DNA of 64,000 bases, from contig OX597822.1 in the NCBI GenBank assembly GCA_951406725.2, positions 40,424,001 through 40,488,000 of the forward strand, given 5' to 3'. This document shows, one piece after another, positions 40,791 through 53,660 of this stretch; the first letter of the stretch is position 1; the number at the start of each line of letters is the position of its first letter. The translations under genes were made by a program, and so were the position numbers. The DNA is from Octopus vulgaris. Lineage: Eukaryota. Under the pieces are notes generated by a model. That model was given only the letters and a program-made list of their open reading frames with translations, had not been told where the DNA came from and did not search any database.

Positions 40791-41141
40791 ATATATATAT
40801 ATATAAGCCTTATTTCATCCACTTCCGCTCAGTAACACAGTCACGTCGGGCATATTCATTATAATGCTCTATTCCTTTCAAGCAAGAACTTAAAGAAAAA
40901 GAAGAGAAAGAACTCCAGGAAGCACATGGTAAAAAAGAATTCGAAAATTTCATTTCCATATATTTTTCAATTAATTTCTGTTCCAAAGTTTCTTTACAAA
41001 AATCTTCAATTCAAACTCTTTCCTAGCACGTACTTCTTCATTAATCTTATATTTCATACGTTTTCCAATAATATATCTCCCATATACATTTTCAAGTATA
41101 TATATATGTAAGTACGTATGTATATCTAAATGTATATATAA

Positions 41142-41193
<52 letters not shown>

Positions 41194-41351
41194 TTATATA
41201 TACACACACATACGCACACACACTCATATGTGTATGAATATATATATATGCATGTATATATATATATATATATATACGTATATATATGTGCATATATACA
41301 TATACGTATATATGTCTGTGTGTAGATATGTATGTAGATATATGTATTGAG

Positions 41352-41394
<43 letters not shown>

Positions 41395-41489
41395 TATATG
41401 CGTGTGTATGTGTCTATGTATGTATGTGCGTGCTCGTGCATATGTAAGTTTGTGTGTGTGCATGTGGGTATTCTTTACAGCATAGTTTT

Positions 41490-41546
41490 GACAGTGACGA
41501 CGAAGTTTCGCCCTTCTTAGTTTTCATCGGACTTCATCAGACAGTC
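41490..41546 (-). ncRNA. candidate type I hammerhead
   Basis: gactgt-CTGATGA-a-gtcc-loop-gggc-GAAA-cttcgtcg-TC-actgtc (helix I 5/6 paired). Confidence 0.6.
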
Positions 41547-41847
41547 CTCGTCTCACTAGGACTTTAGACCAATTTCTGCCTACATGGACTTTCTCAGTGG
41601 TGAGCACTCATAGCCAACCACATGCTTAACGATATTTCTCATCGGTGATATACTCAAAACGATTCCGTTGTATTGCGAATAACCATCCGTCTGAGTAAGA
41701 ATGCATTATATGCCACAGAAGCAGTATTAAATAAAAATAGCCCTCTAAACATCGTGCCTAACATAGGTTGTTGAAAGGCAGATTTCAACCAATCACAATT
41801 TTAGTCTGATAGCGCTGTAAGGTAGATTTGCTTTGGCTATATACATA

Positions 41848-41979
<132 letters not shown>

Positions 41980-42464
41980 AATCTATCTATCTATCTATCT
42001 ATCTATATATATATACAACTTATAAATGAGGGCAAAAGAAAAAATTTTCTAATGCCATATGCCGAAAATTAGACATATTGTCCATAACTATTATAATTTT
42101 TCTCAGAACGCACGCTACTCCCAAAAAGGTTGACAGATACTTCTAAAAAATTCCATTATTACCATATCGGACCGATTTCAGGGTTAGCTCGTAAGAGCCC
42201 GTCTGTGATAAATGTGGCAAAAGAAATACTTACTCATACCCATGGAAGAAGAAAAAACTAAGTCATGAGCACAACTAAGTACGCCAAATACATCCAAAAT
42301 AGAAATTGTCCAGCCCATTAGAGACACGTGCGATTCGAACTGAGGCTCTCACTGAGTGAGGGAGTCCGGAAGTGAACACTATTAAATTTATATTTAATGT
42401 AGGATAAAATTTTTTTTTTTCGAAAAAAAATTTTTTATCAATGGCCAGCATATTAAAAAGTACC

Positions 42465-42527
<63 letters not shown>

Positions 42528-42585
42528 TGTATGTATGTATGTATGTATGTATGTATGTATGTATGTATGTATATATGTATGTATG

Positions 42586-42643
<58 letters not shown>

Positions 42644-42645
<2 letters not shown>

Positions 42646-43436
42646 AAAATAATAAAGTGTGAAAAAACGACAGAAGGCTTAAATGTTAAAAAATATATAT
42701 ATTTGTGTCAAAATGTCTGGAGAATATTGGAAAAATTTTTTTCCTTTCCTTAAAATGACATAATTTAAAATTTTTAAAGAAATTACCGGTTTCGCGTGTA
42801 CTTTTCAAATTTCTTGTGACGTTATGTTTATATTGCATGGAATTATCGTTGTTTTTATTTAGGAGATTTCTAAATAAGGGGAGGTAGTGAGTGATTTTTT
42901 CCGGTGTAGGGGAGATAATCGCTTAAAAATTTTTTCCTTTCCTTGTTAATTTCTCTGTGTCAGTATGTTCGGATGGTTGAGTCTGGGTTTGTACTTTTCA
43001 ATGAAGAATGTTTCCTTGTTCAGTCTCAAGGAAACATTCTTCATTGAAAAGTACAAACCCGAACAACCATCCGAAAATACTGACACAGAGAAATTAACAA
43101 GGAAATGGGAAAAATTTTTAAGCGATTATCTCCCCTACACCGGAAAAATCACTCACTACCTCCCTTATTTAGAAATCTCCTGGAAATAAAAACAACGATA
43201 ATTCCATGCAATATAAACATAACGTCACAAGAAATTTGAAAATACACGCGAAACCGGTAATTTCTTTAAAAATTTTAAAATTATGTCATTTTAAGGAAAG
43301 GAAAAAAAATTTTCCAATATTCTCCAGACATTTTGACACAAATATATATATTTTTTAACATTTAAGCCTTCTGTCGTTTTTTCACAATTTACTATTTTCT
43401 TATATATTCACCCACGTGCTTTACCAAACAAACTTT

Positions 43437-43439
<3 letters not shown>
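42644..43439. mobile_element. long fold-back element in (TA)n, ~375-bp arms, 8-nt loop, 32-bp tail
   Basis: Arms 42644-43018 and 43027-43400 are near-perfect reverse complements; tail 43408-43439. Confidence 0.95.
42777..42815 (-). ncRNA. minimal hammerhead, U3:A8 variant (mirror copy at 43229-43266 +)
   Basis: aagaaat-TTGAAAA-gt-acac-gc-GAAA-ccgg-TA-atttctt; 7-bp helix I, palindromic ACCGGT. Confidence 0.7.
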
Positions 43440-43479
<40 letters not shown>

Positions 43480-43487
43480 ATACATGC

Positions 43488-43519
<32 letters not shown>

Positions 43520-43563
43520 TATTTATATTACTATTTATTTGAAAGCCAGGCATCCATTGCCAA

Positions 43564-43620
<57 letters not shown>

Positions 43621-43623
<3 letters not shown>

Positions 43624-43914
43624 GTAGGGAATATAATTCCAAACTTACAGGGAAAAATTATTCAATTTAGCAATTCTAAATCAAATTTCTCAATATATAA
43701 TATATGTAAATAATTAAGAGAAATAACCTCTATTAAGCAATTCAATAATGAAAGACATTATCCACACCATATAGAAAAATTTAAATATACTATAATAAAT
43801 ATTATAATATTATAATATTATAATGATATCTATTATAGTATATTTAAATTTCTTCTATATGGTGTGGATAATGTCTTTCACTATTGAATTGCTTAAGAGA
43901 GGTTATTTCTCTTA

Positions 43915-43918
<4 letters not shown>
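43621..43918. mobile_element. fold-back element in (TA)n, ~85-bp arms, ~90-bp tail
   Basis: attaagagaaataacctct...atactataata pairs with tattatagtat...agaggttatttctcttaat. Confidence 0.9.
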
Positions 43919-43995
<77 letters not shown>

Positions 43996-44816
43996 CTATG
44001 TATGCATGTATATGCGTATATATATATATATATGCATATACATGCATACATAGGTGTGTTTATATATGTATGTATGTTGCATTTACAACGTGAGTTGATC
44101 GGATCAGTTTCTCACAGATCCCAGCAATTCTACCCAGAGCAATGGACGCAGAAGTTTAAGAATAGAGAAAATAAGGAAAGTTATCTCTGTATATTAGTGG
44201 GTTGTCTGGCAGGGTGCGTCGCTGTGTGGAAGCGTGGGATCTTAGCTTGTTCGAATTTTTGTTCTTTTGTTTTTTATCTTTATATTTGGTTTATAATACG
44301 CCTTATATTTGATTTATAATTCGTCTCATATGTAAATGTATGCTTGAGAGATACATTATGAGTGTGGTGATGATTGTGGTGGAGGTGGAGGAGGAAGAAG
44401 GTGAGATAACGGTTAAGTGCAGTATGAATGTATGTCGATGTAAGTGTGTTAACGTGTCGGCTGAGCTAATTATGTGCACGAAATGGGGTGGAAACGGATA
44501 GTTGTAACAAAGTAATTAATTGATTTGAAATGGCAAATCACTTAATTTGGAATGTATTTCTCTCCGTGCCACAAGCTCTTAATGGAGACTTAGTGGAGAA
44601 TCTAAGACTAAAAGTACAAGAATCATTTGGAAGAGAAAAGAAATGGTGCCACGAGAAGGAAGGGAGTTGGTGTGTGAGGGTACTGATGCATGGTACAAGT
44701 AGAAGTAGCATTGCTATGTAATGGAACATCTTACCCAATATTCACTCATTCTACCTTTCTCTCTCATACATATATATATATACATAGATATATATATGCA
44801 TATACGTATATATATA

Positions 44817-44865
<49 letters not shown>

Positions 44866-44867
<2 letters not shown>

Positions 44868-45017
44868 GCGCAGGCGTGGCTGTGCGGTAAGAAGTTTGTT
44901 TCCCAACCACATAGTTCCGGGTTCAGTCCCACATCGTGACATCTTGGCCAAGTATCTTCTATTGTAGTTTCGGGCCGACCAAAGCCTTGTGAGTGGAAAC
45001 TGAAAGAAGCCCGTCGT
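44866..45017 (+). mobile_element. SINE family A 5' half
   Basis: Consensus match. Confidence 0.9.
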
Positions 45018-45198
45018 ATATATATATGAGTGTGTGTGTGCGTGTGTGTGTGCGTGTGTGTGTTTATACATACATATATATGTATGTGTGTATATATATA
45101 TATATAATATAATATAATACAATATAATAGAATACAATATAAATACATAGAAGGGAGACAGAGGAAGAGAGGGATATACATATATACATATAATGATA

Positions 45199-46078
45199 TA
45201 CAGGATGGATGGAAAGTAAAGAGGCTTAAGAAATTACTTATAGAACTTTTAGTTTCACTGAAGTCATGATGAAAACATTTTTTAAGCAGACAACACTAAT
45301 GGGGATTTTTTTTATTTTCTTATTGCCTTATTTCTTATTTTCTAAATGGCCGGTCGCTTGACTGTTCAGGAATGAGCTAAGATAACAGCACGCCATGAAG
45401 TGTGGAATTCCATTGTCTTGGTTCAGAGATGGAGGCGTGCATGGAAAGGTAAGTATGCAGTACTTTGTCCGAAAAACAATAACAAGTTGTCATGCAAAGT
45501 TGATGACCACGGGCTCTATGAACGATGAAAGAAGAAGTGGCCGTCCAACTACATCCCGATCAGTGGGGAACGTGGAAACAGTGCAGGAAGTCTTCAATCG
45601 CAGCCCGTAAAAATGAACACATCAAGCAGCTCGTGAATGTGGACTGGCAAGGCACACAATATGTAAGGTTAGGATAAAAAAAATGAATTTTCGTCCGTAG
45701 AAACCTCACCACGTGCAGGGTCTAAAACCTGATGGGACGACATGGACATCATGAATGGCCTCCAAGTAGTCTAGATCTCACTCCATGTGATTTTTACCTG
45801 TGGAGTTACACAAAAGAGGTGTACATGACATAGCCTCGCACACTGAAGGACATGGAGATACGGATTCAGGAGGTTCTCAATGATATCCCTGACACCGTCC
45901 TTCATAGGGTTATTTACTCCATCCCTGGCCATTTGAGGAATGACGTTGAAATATGAAGATTTACTTTCATTTTCCCATGTAATAAAGAGCTTGTATCATT
46001 TGTTTCAATAAATTTGTAAAAGGAATATGGATTTTATTACCTATTTTTAATGCCTATTTTCTTTTCACCCACCCTGTA
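45199..46078 (+). mobile_element. Tc1/mariner-superfamily relic (DUF4817-type N-terminus), internally deleted
   Basis: TA-flanked imperfect TIRs caggatggatggaaag and cttttcacccaccctg; TGSMNDERRSGRPTTSRS, WPPSSLDLTPCDFYLWSY. Confidence 0.85.
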
Positions 46079-46288
46079 CATTATATATGTATATATATAT
46101 ATAAAGTTATTTTTTTTATATTTCTGTTCTGATTATATATAATACACACAATATACGAATATATGTGTTTGTGTGTATATGTTCTGTGTGTGTGATTAAA
46201 TATACATGTCTAAAACTAATATTTATATATGCATATATTATATAATGCATATAAATATATGTATACATATGTAAACATATAGAAAATA

Positions 46289-47258
46289 TACGAGGAGGAA
46301 CCAAAAAGTAACCGGAAACGTTCTCTGTGGGACAACTCCGTTGTAGTTCAGGCTTCGACCGCTAGAAGCCACTAGAATCGACCTCGGGCATCAGTATGCC
46401 GATAGGCATAGCCGGGGTTGCGGGTCTTACTACCATGTTAAGCTTCTTTGATTCGCAATGTTTCTCCCCTGTTCGCCAATTTTTGTGATAGTTCAAACGA
46501 AAGAACTGCGTGCTTCGATGAAATTCTGTTTTCCGCTGGGGAAAACGGCAGCCGAAACAATTATCCTGCTTCAACCAGCTTACAATGACGCTGCCATGAG
46601 CAAAACACAAGTTTACGGAGTAGTTTTCACGCTTTAAGAATGGCCACTTGTCGCTTGAAGAACAATCTCGTTCAGGGTGACCGTCGACCTCCCGAACGAA
46701 TGAAAACATCACGAAAATTCAAGAACTGATCATGGAGGACCGTTACCGAACAATTGTCGAACTTATTGATATGATTGGTGTGTCCTGGGGTTCTTACCAA
46801 CGAATTTTGAGCGAGGAATTGCGAATGATAAGAGTTGCAGCAAAATTTGTGCCTCGCTTGCTCACGGAAGATCAAAGGGAGTAACGATTGAATAAGTGTC
46901 GTGAACTGAAAGAACAGTTGGAATTTGATCCGGACCTTTTTTCTTAAAAGTTATCACTAATGACGAAAGCTGGTATTACGGAATTTTCTGATGTGGAAGA
47001 GGTGAAAAACACAAATCGAAGGTGGCGTTAAAAGGCACCACTTTGCAAGAGTTCCAGCGATATTTCGAACAGTAGAAAATATGTCTGGACCGATGCATTG
47101 CTTCAAATGAAGAATACTTTGAAGGCGATAAAAGTTTAAACACGGTGGTGCCCCAGCATGGCCGCGGCCTTCGGGTTAAAACATTTTTAAGGATTTAAGG
47201 ATGTAAAACTAAGTGAATAAAATAATATTGCAAAATTCCGGTTTCTTTTGGGTACATA
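46289..47258 (+). mobile_element. mariner relic with both ends, catalytic core deleted
   Basis: ccaaaaagtaaccggaa and ttccggtttcttttgg TIR remnants; MKFCFPLGKTAAET, RVAAKFVPRLLTEDQ, VITNDESWYYG, RCIASNEEYFEGDK. Confidence 0.9.
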
Positions 47259-47362
47259 AATATTTAGACGCATATGCATCCATAAATATGTATATGTATG
47301 TACGTATTTGTATATATGTGCATGTATAAGATATATGCATACGTACGCACACACACGTTTGG

Positions 47363-47463
47363 TCTCACTGCGTGGCACCTTGGGCAAATGTCTTCTACTA
47401 TAGCCTCGGGCCAATCAAAGCCTTCTGAGTGAACTTGGTAGACGGAAACTGAAAGAAGCTCGT

Positions 47464-47496
<33 letters not shown>

Positions 47497-47640
47497 GTAA
47501 CTTAGCGGTTCGGTAATAGACACCGATAGAATACGTACTAGGCTTGCAAAGGATAAGTTCTGGGGTCAATTTGTTCGACTAAAAGTGGTGCTCCAGCATG
47601 GCCGCTGTAAAAACGACCGAAACAAATAAAAGAATAAAAG
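47363..47640 (+). mobile_element. SINE family A (truncated)
   Basis: Consensus match. Confidence 0.9.
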
Positions 47641-47652
47641 AATATATATATA

Positions 47653-48096
47653 TGAGAAACTGAATATTAATTTGATTAAGTAATGTCAATTTAAAACCAG
47701 TGGTGTAGCATATTGAAAAATCTGAAGATTCAGAAAAATATATTACATACATATAAGCGGGATGACCACTAAGTGGACATACATTATGCTAGAAGTAGAC
47801 TCTTATGGTCTTACCACTAAGAAAGGATTGTTCTCAAGAAAATTTACCAAACGCCAGAACGTAAGCGAGCAAGACAAATGAAAAGATACAAAAGATACAG
47901 CCGATTTCGCTGTTACCACTTACGTAATTGTGTCCAACTCATCAGTGTGATCGTCATAGCAAAATATAATTTGCAGAACTATACACAAAACATCAGCATG
48001 AGATTGAACATGTATACAGTTCTACCAATTACATTTGGGGTTATCTTTCAAAAGGCTACATCTAGCTTAATGGATGTCCACTTAGTGGTCATCCCA

Positions 48097-48101
<5 letters not shown>
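47653..48101 (-). mobile_element. (TA)n-embedded element with ~50-bp inverted ends, ~100-bp tail and degenerate hammerhead (47897-47948)
   Basis: ataagcgggatgaccactaagtggacat pairs with atgtccacttagtggtcatcccacttat; aca-CTGATGA-gttg...cagc-GAAA-tcggc-tgt (cleavage-site U lost); homologous to 56520-56740. Confidence 0.75.
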
Positions 48102-48142
<41 letters not shown>

Positions 48143-49139
48143 AAATAAGAAAATGGAGAAATACATCTAAATCATTTATCAACTACCAGATAATACCCAA
48201 TCATATACTTTATTAAACCACTACATAAGAACATTAGGGTTAAACATAAAAATATATAACAAAACAGCGTACATGAATGAGTAATACAATACAATAAGTA
48301 CAATCATTATAATAGGGCATAAATAAATAAATATAAATAGATATAAATATAAATATACACTATATCTTACAGCTGTTTCGGTCATGCAGATAAATATGTC
48401 TTATTTTACCTATATTAGCCATGTATAGTATGTCAATATGAAATTAAAAATGAGATATTTACAAAGTATAAACCAAATTACATATATACTCATATAAGTG
48501 TTGGGTACTTCACTAGCAGTATATTGAATATATGTTATCCCATGGAGAGTTGAATTTGCAACCCCTATCTCAATTTGTATATATATATATGCATACATAT
48601 GTCTGTATATATGTATATGTTAGTGACGAAGTGTGATAAACAATGGTGAACACATTATAGTTGGCAAGATATTATTTTAATAGAACTCGAGCCTGTCACC
48701 AAATATATTTCTTAAACAATACCGGGAGCTAAGACAAATTACAAGGGAAACAACCTATACTATAGCCCCTGAATGATTACTTCCGTTTATATTGATTTTC
48801 TTCCTTCATTACAAGTCCATATATTGTAATACCTTGTAGTAATCTTGCAAAATCTTATGCTGCACCCTCACTATTCAAATGACAGAGCTGCTATACATTA
48901 TTCGAACTCTAATTGATTAACTTCCAAAGACATTCTCACGAAAACTATGGTATTAGGTTACTAGTTTCTTTTAAGGGAATAGTTATCCACCTATTCTGTG
49001 CTAAGCTCAATTTCTTCCAAGTCATTGCTAACGTGACCAAGCTTCTGACGTTTTAGGTTAAAGCTGAGCACTGAACACGAACGAATATTTTAAACAACGA
49101 GTCTTAAAGAAACATGAGATTACAATGTCTTTGAAAAAT

Positions 49140-49930
49140 ATTGCTATTCTACTTAGAATATCTTATATCAGGCAGCTTACCGAAAAGAGAAACAGAAAAT
49201 ATATTAAGAAGAATGAAACAGAAAGAGTTCAACTTTGATAAAGCTATGTCCAGTCTTTCTACAATAGACAGTTCACGTTTCAACTCTTGCAAAATTCCTC
49301 CGCACATTAAAGAATTAGAGAATTAAATTCGAAGACATCAATAGATAGCAAAGATGCTAAATTTAATAATACATACCCCATTTTCCAGCCTAAGTTAAAA
49401 GAATTCTTACAACACCTGAATAGTTCTTCTAATATCTTAATAAAAGCCAATAAATTAAAAGCGTATACGATATAGCGACTGACGTACGTACAATGAATTA
49501 TTGATAATAATACGAAAACATATAGGATGACTAGTTCTAAGACATCATATAATGACATTAATAATGAAACAAAATTTCTAACTACTGAACAAAATGTTGA
49601 CGATCTGGTAGAAAGACTAAACCCGCGTAGATCATTTGCGATATTTAATATAACTGCATGAATTTCAGCCATGATTTTAGTTGCACTAAAATAGCCATTA
49701 TTAGCAAAATGATAGCAGATAAGATTCTTCTACAAATTAGATCGACCTTAAACATCAACGAATGGATGTGTAGCTGTGTCGACATTAAATGGTATAAGTA
49801 TATCTGCGAGGGGCTCAGTTAATGGTTTATACAGTTTGATGTTGTTGATTTTTACCGTACGATTTCAAAAGAGGTCCTACTTGAAATTCTTGAAGCAGAA
49901 GTAAGCTATACACTACAATCAACAAGTCTA
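49140..49930 (+). pseudogene. Penelope-like element reverse transcriptase remnant
   Basis: FNSCKIPPHIKELEN, NILIKANK, ISKMIADKILLQIRSTLNINEW...IKWYK, WFIQFDVVDFYRTISKEVLL: PLE-type RT motifs in order, with frameshifts. Confidence 0.8.
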
Positions 49931-50211
49931 AAATTAACATAGTTATGAAAGCTTGGAAATCGTTGCTATTTCCCGATAATTTTACTAGGTAAATGCAGAA
50001 CGGACTAATAAATGAAGAAAAGTTTAACCAAGATTGGATAGCTCAATGGATTAAGAGTGATACACAATAAAAATGAACGAAAGGCAGTATTACAAATACT
50101 GATGTAGACGGTACGATAAAATGATTAACACAACATTTAGTTTCATCGATGAAAGAAGCGATTGAAATGTGACGTCATTATCCAAATTTGTATGGAGTCT
50201 GAAAGACCTGA

Positions 50212-50236
50212 AGACGGAAACTGAAAGAAGCCAGTC

Positions 50237-50323
<87 letters not shown>

Positions 50324-50515
50324 TGTGTCTGTGTTTGTCCCCCCACCATCGCTTGACAACTGATGTTGGTGTGTTTATCTCCCCGTAATTTAGCGGTTCG
50401 GCAAAACAGACTGATAGAATAAGTACTAGGCTTACAATGAATAAGTCCTGGGGTCAATTTGTTCGATCAAATTCTTCAAGACTGTGCCTCAGCATGACCG
50501 CAGTTCGATGACTGA
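50212..50515 (+). mobile_element. SINE family A 3' portion
   Basis: Consensus match. Confidence 0.9.
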
Positions 50516-50523
50516 AATATATA

Positions 50524-50598
<75 letters not shown>

Positions 50599-50602
<4 letters not shown>

Positions 50603-50925
50603 AAAAGTAAAAAATATATACAAACTGGGACAAGAACGTGAAACACCTAGAAGAAGACACAAGAACCACAGGACGGGACATTCGAAGCCCTCAGTCATCA
50701 GTCAAGAACCGGATCATCTTCGCAATTTCGGCTGATTAATCTTGAGATTGCTCCGACCTGGGCAGCCCCTAAGGGAAATCTAAGCCAAGCGCATTAGATC
50801 CCTTGGAAGAAAGCTTCGAATGTATACAACACAAGTACGGAAAACGGACGATGTACACGAATAAAAATACAAAAATACGTAAAAACAATAAGGAAAGCAC
50901 GAATAAGAATACAAAAACGTAATAT
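50599..50925 (-). mobile_element. repeat family X copy 2, between (TA)n arrays
   Basis: Homologous to 16600-16897. Confidence 0.85.
50686..50767 (-). ncRNA. candidate non-circularly permuted hammerhead ribozyme (best copy)
   Basis: gcaa-TC-tcaaga-ttaat-cagcc-GAAA-ttgc-14nt-tcttga-CTGATGA-ctgag-ggct. Confidence 0.6.
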
Positions 50926-50948
50926 TTCTTTCAGTCATCGAACTGCGG

Positions 50949-51006
<58 letters not shown>

Positions 51007-51133
51007 CGGGAAGCTTTATGAAAATAGACAAAAGACGAAGGCAGGTTTACGGAAATAAACAAAAGACGAAGGCAGGTGGAATACAAACAAACAATTGTAT
51101 TAGTATGGCGCTCAGAAAATATAAATAAAACAA

Positions 51134-51172
51134 GTCTTTAACGTTTCGAGCCTACGCTCTTCAACAGAAAGA
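51134..51172 (-). ncRNA. minimal hammerhead-like motif in a (TA)n-abutting element (~51007-51330)
   Basis: tcttt-CTGTTGA-a-gagc-gtag-gctc-GAAA-cg-TT-aaaga (A6U core). Confidence 0.65.
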
Positions 51173-51594
51173 TACACAGAGAAAAAAAACACAGAAAGAA
51201 GGAGAAAAAAAAATGCGTGCAGAGGCTAACGAATCAACATGGCGATCTGATTTCGGCCAAAAGTCAAAGATCAAACGTGAGACGCAAGAGCGAAATTAGG
51301 GGAGATAATAGGGTTAAATGACCTCACTCCAACATAAGAGTGTGTGTGTGTGTATGAGAAGAGTGTGTGTGTGTGTGTGTGTGTATGAGAGAGTATTAGT
51401 GCGTATGATAGGTCTGGACGTGTGTATGTATATATGATGTGATGTGTAAAGTCGTATGGTGTAGTGTAGAGAGAGGAGATGAGGGAAGAGGGGGAGGTAA
51501 GGGGGGAGAGAGGGGATGTATGCATGTATGTATGTATGTGTATATATATATATACATATATATAAATGTATATGTATATATGTATATGTTTGTA

Positions 51595-51795
51595 TGTCTG
51601 TGTTTGTATCCCCACCATCGCTTGACAACCGATGTTGGTGTGTTTACGTCCCTGTAACGTAGCAGTAAGGCAAACGAAACCGATAGAATAAGTGGTAGGC
51701 TTACAAAGTATAAGTCCTGGGGTTGACTTGTTCCGCTAAAGGCGGTGCTCCAACATGGCTGAAGTCACAATGACTGAAAGAAGTAAACGAATAAA
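51595..51795 (+). mobile_element. SINE family A 3' half
   Basis: Consensus match. Confidence 0.9.
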
Positions 51796-52411
51796 ATAAT
51801 GTGTGTGCGTATGTGTGTGTGTGTGCGTGTGTGTGTGTGTTTATGCATTCATAGATATATGCATACATAAACACACACAAAACACACACACTCACACACT
51901 CACTCACGCACATACAAACACACATTTGAAATATAATTGTCTCTTGGTCTTGTAATTGATATTGGCAGAACACTTTAAGTATCCCTAATTTGATAACATT
52001 TTTCTTTTACACATAAAACAAAGAAACAATAAATTCCGCTGTCTCTTCCGCCATATTTGATGCAGTCTGTTAAATTCTCTAAGATATATTTTTCCAATAA
52101 GGAACTTCAATATCGAAAAAAAATTTCGTCCAAGAACTTCAAATTATTTCCCCTTGGCATTGGTCTATTCAAGTATCATAATCTATAAATCATGTTGTTA
52201 CGTTTTATGTTTGTTTTATATGAAGGCTACTAATCGAATGTATCTATGGAACAATAAATATTGTCTATATAATCTGTGTGATCTCTGTGTATGAGTGTGT
52301 GCGTGAGAATGTACATATACATACACACACACACACGCAGACATAAATATATATCACCATGGCCACAGTCAAAGGGCTGAAGCAAGTAAAAGTATAAATG
52401 AATATACATAC

Positions 52412-52486
<75 letters not shown>

Positions 52487-52501
52487 CATATATATATATA
52501 C

Positions 52502-52534
<33 letters not shown>

Positions 52535-52591
52535 TATATCTACATCTATAACAATATATCTATATCTATCTATCTATCTATCTATCTACTA

Positions 52592-52675
<84 letters not shown>

Positions 52676-52791
52676 TTTTTCAGTCTATCCGTCTCTGTCT
52701 GTTTGCCTTTCTTACTGTCTGTCGATGTATGCATCTTATTTCCATCTATATTCTTACCTGTTTGAAATACGCACGCACACAAACGCACTCA

Positions 52792-52834
<43 letters not shown>

Positions 52835-53094
52835 GCAGACTCGGTCACGACAGATTTCTCTACTTCTCCGAAATGATGGAACCTCTCCGATTAAATGTCT
52901 TCCGCTTTAGAAATCTTGTCTTTCGTTTTGTTGTTCAGATGTTGATCATCAATAGAGACAGGAGTGAGGGAAGACACACGGGCAGATCATAGAGAAAGAG
53001 AGAAGAACAGATAGATAGGGAGAACGACAAACAAATAGACAGACAGGAAACGGGTAGATAGACCGATTGATTAATAGGCAAACACTCAGCCATA

Positions 53095-53095
53095 A

Positions 53096-53138
<43 letters not shown>

Positions 53139-53159
53139 CATACATAGATAGATAGATAT

Positions 53160-53249
<90 letters not shown>

Positions 53250-53484
53250 TGATAGATTGATTGGAAGGTAGGTAGGTAGGCATGTAGGTAGGTAAGCAAG
53301 TAAGTAGGTAGGTAGGTAGGTAGGTAGGTAGGTAGGTAGGTAGGTAGGTAGGTAGGTAGGTAGATGGATAGATAACTTGATAGATAGATAGATTGATAGA
53401 TTGATAGATAGAAAGATTGGTAGATAAATAAATAAATAAATAAATGAATCGATAGATAGAAAGATAGATATGTAGATATATATG

Positions 53485-53533
<49 letters not shown>

Positions 53534-53660
53534 GAATAAATAAATCAATAGATAGATTGAGAGAGAGAGAGAGATTGACAGATAGATAGGTAAGTGGATA
53601 GATTGACAGGTAGATAGATAAATAACAGATGGATAGAAAGATAGATAGATAGATAGATTC
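53095..53660. repeat. (GATA)n/(GGTA)n tetranucleotide field
   Basis: Direct observation. Confidence 0.95.
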
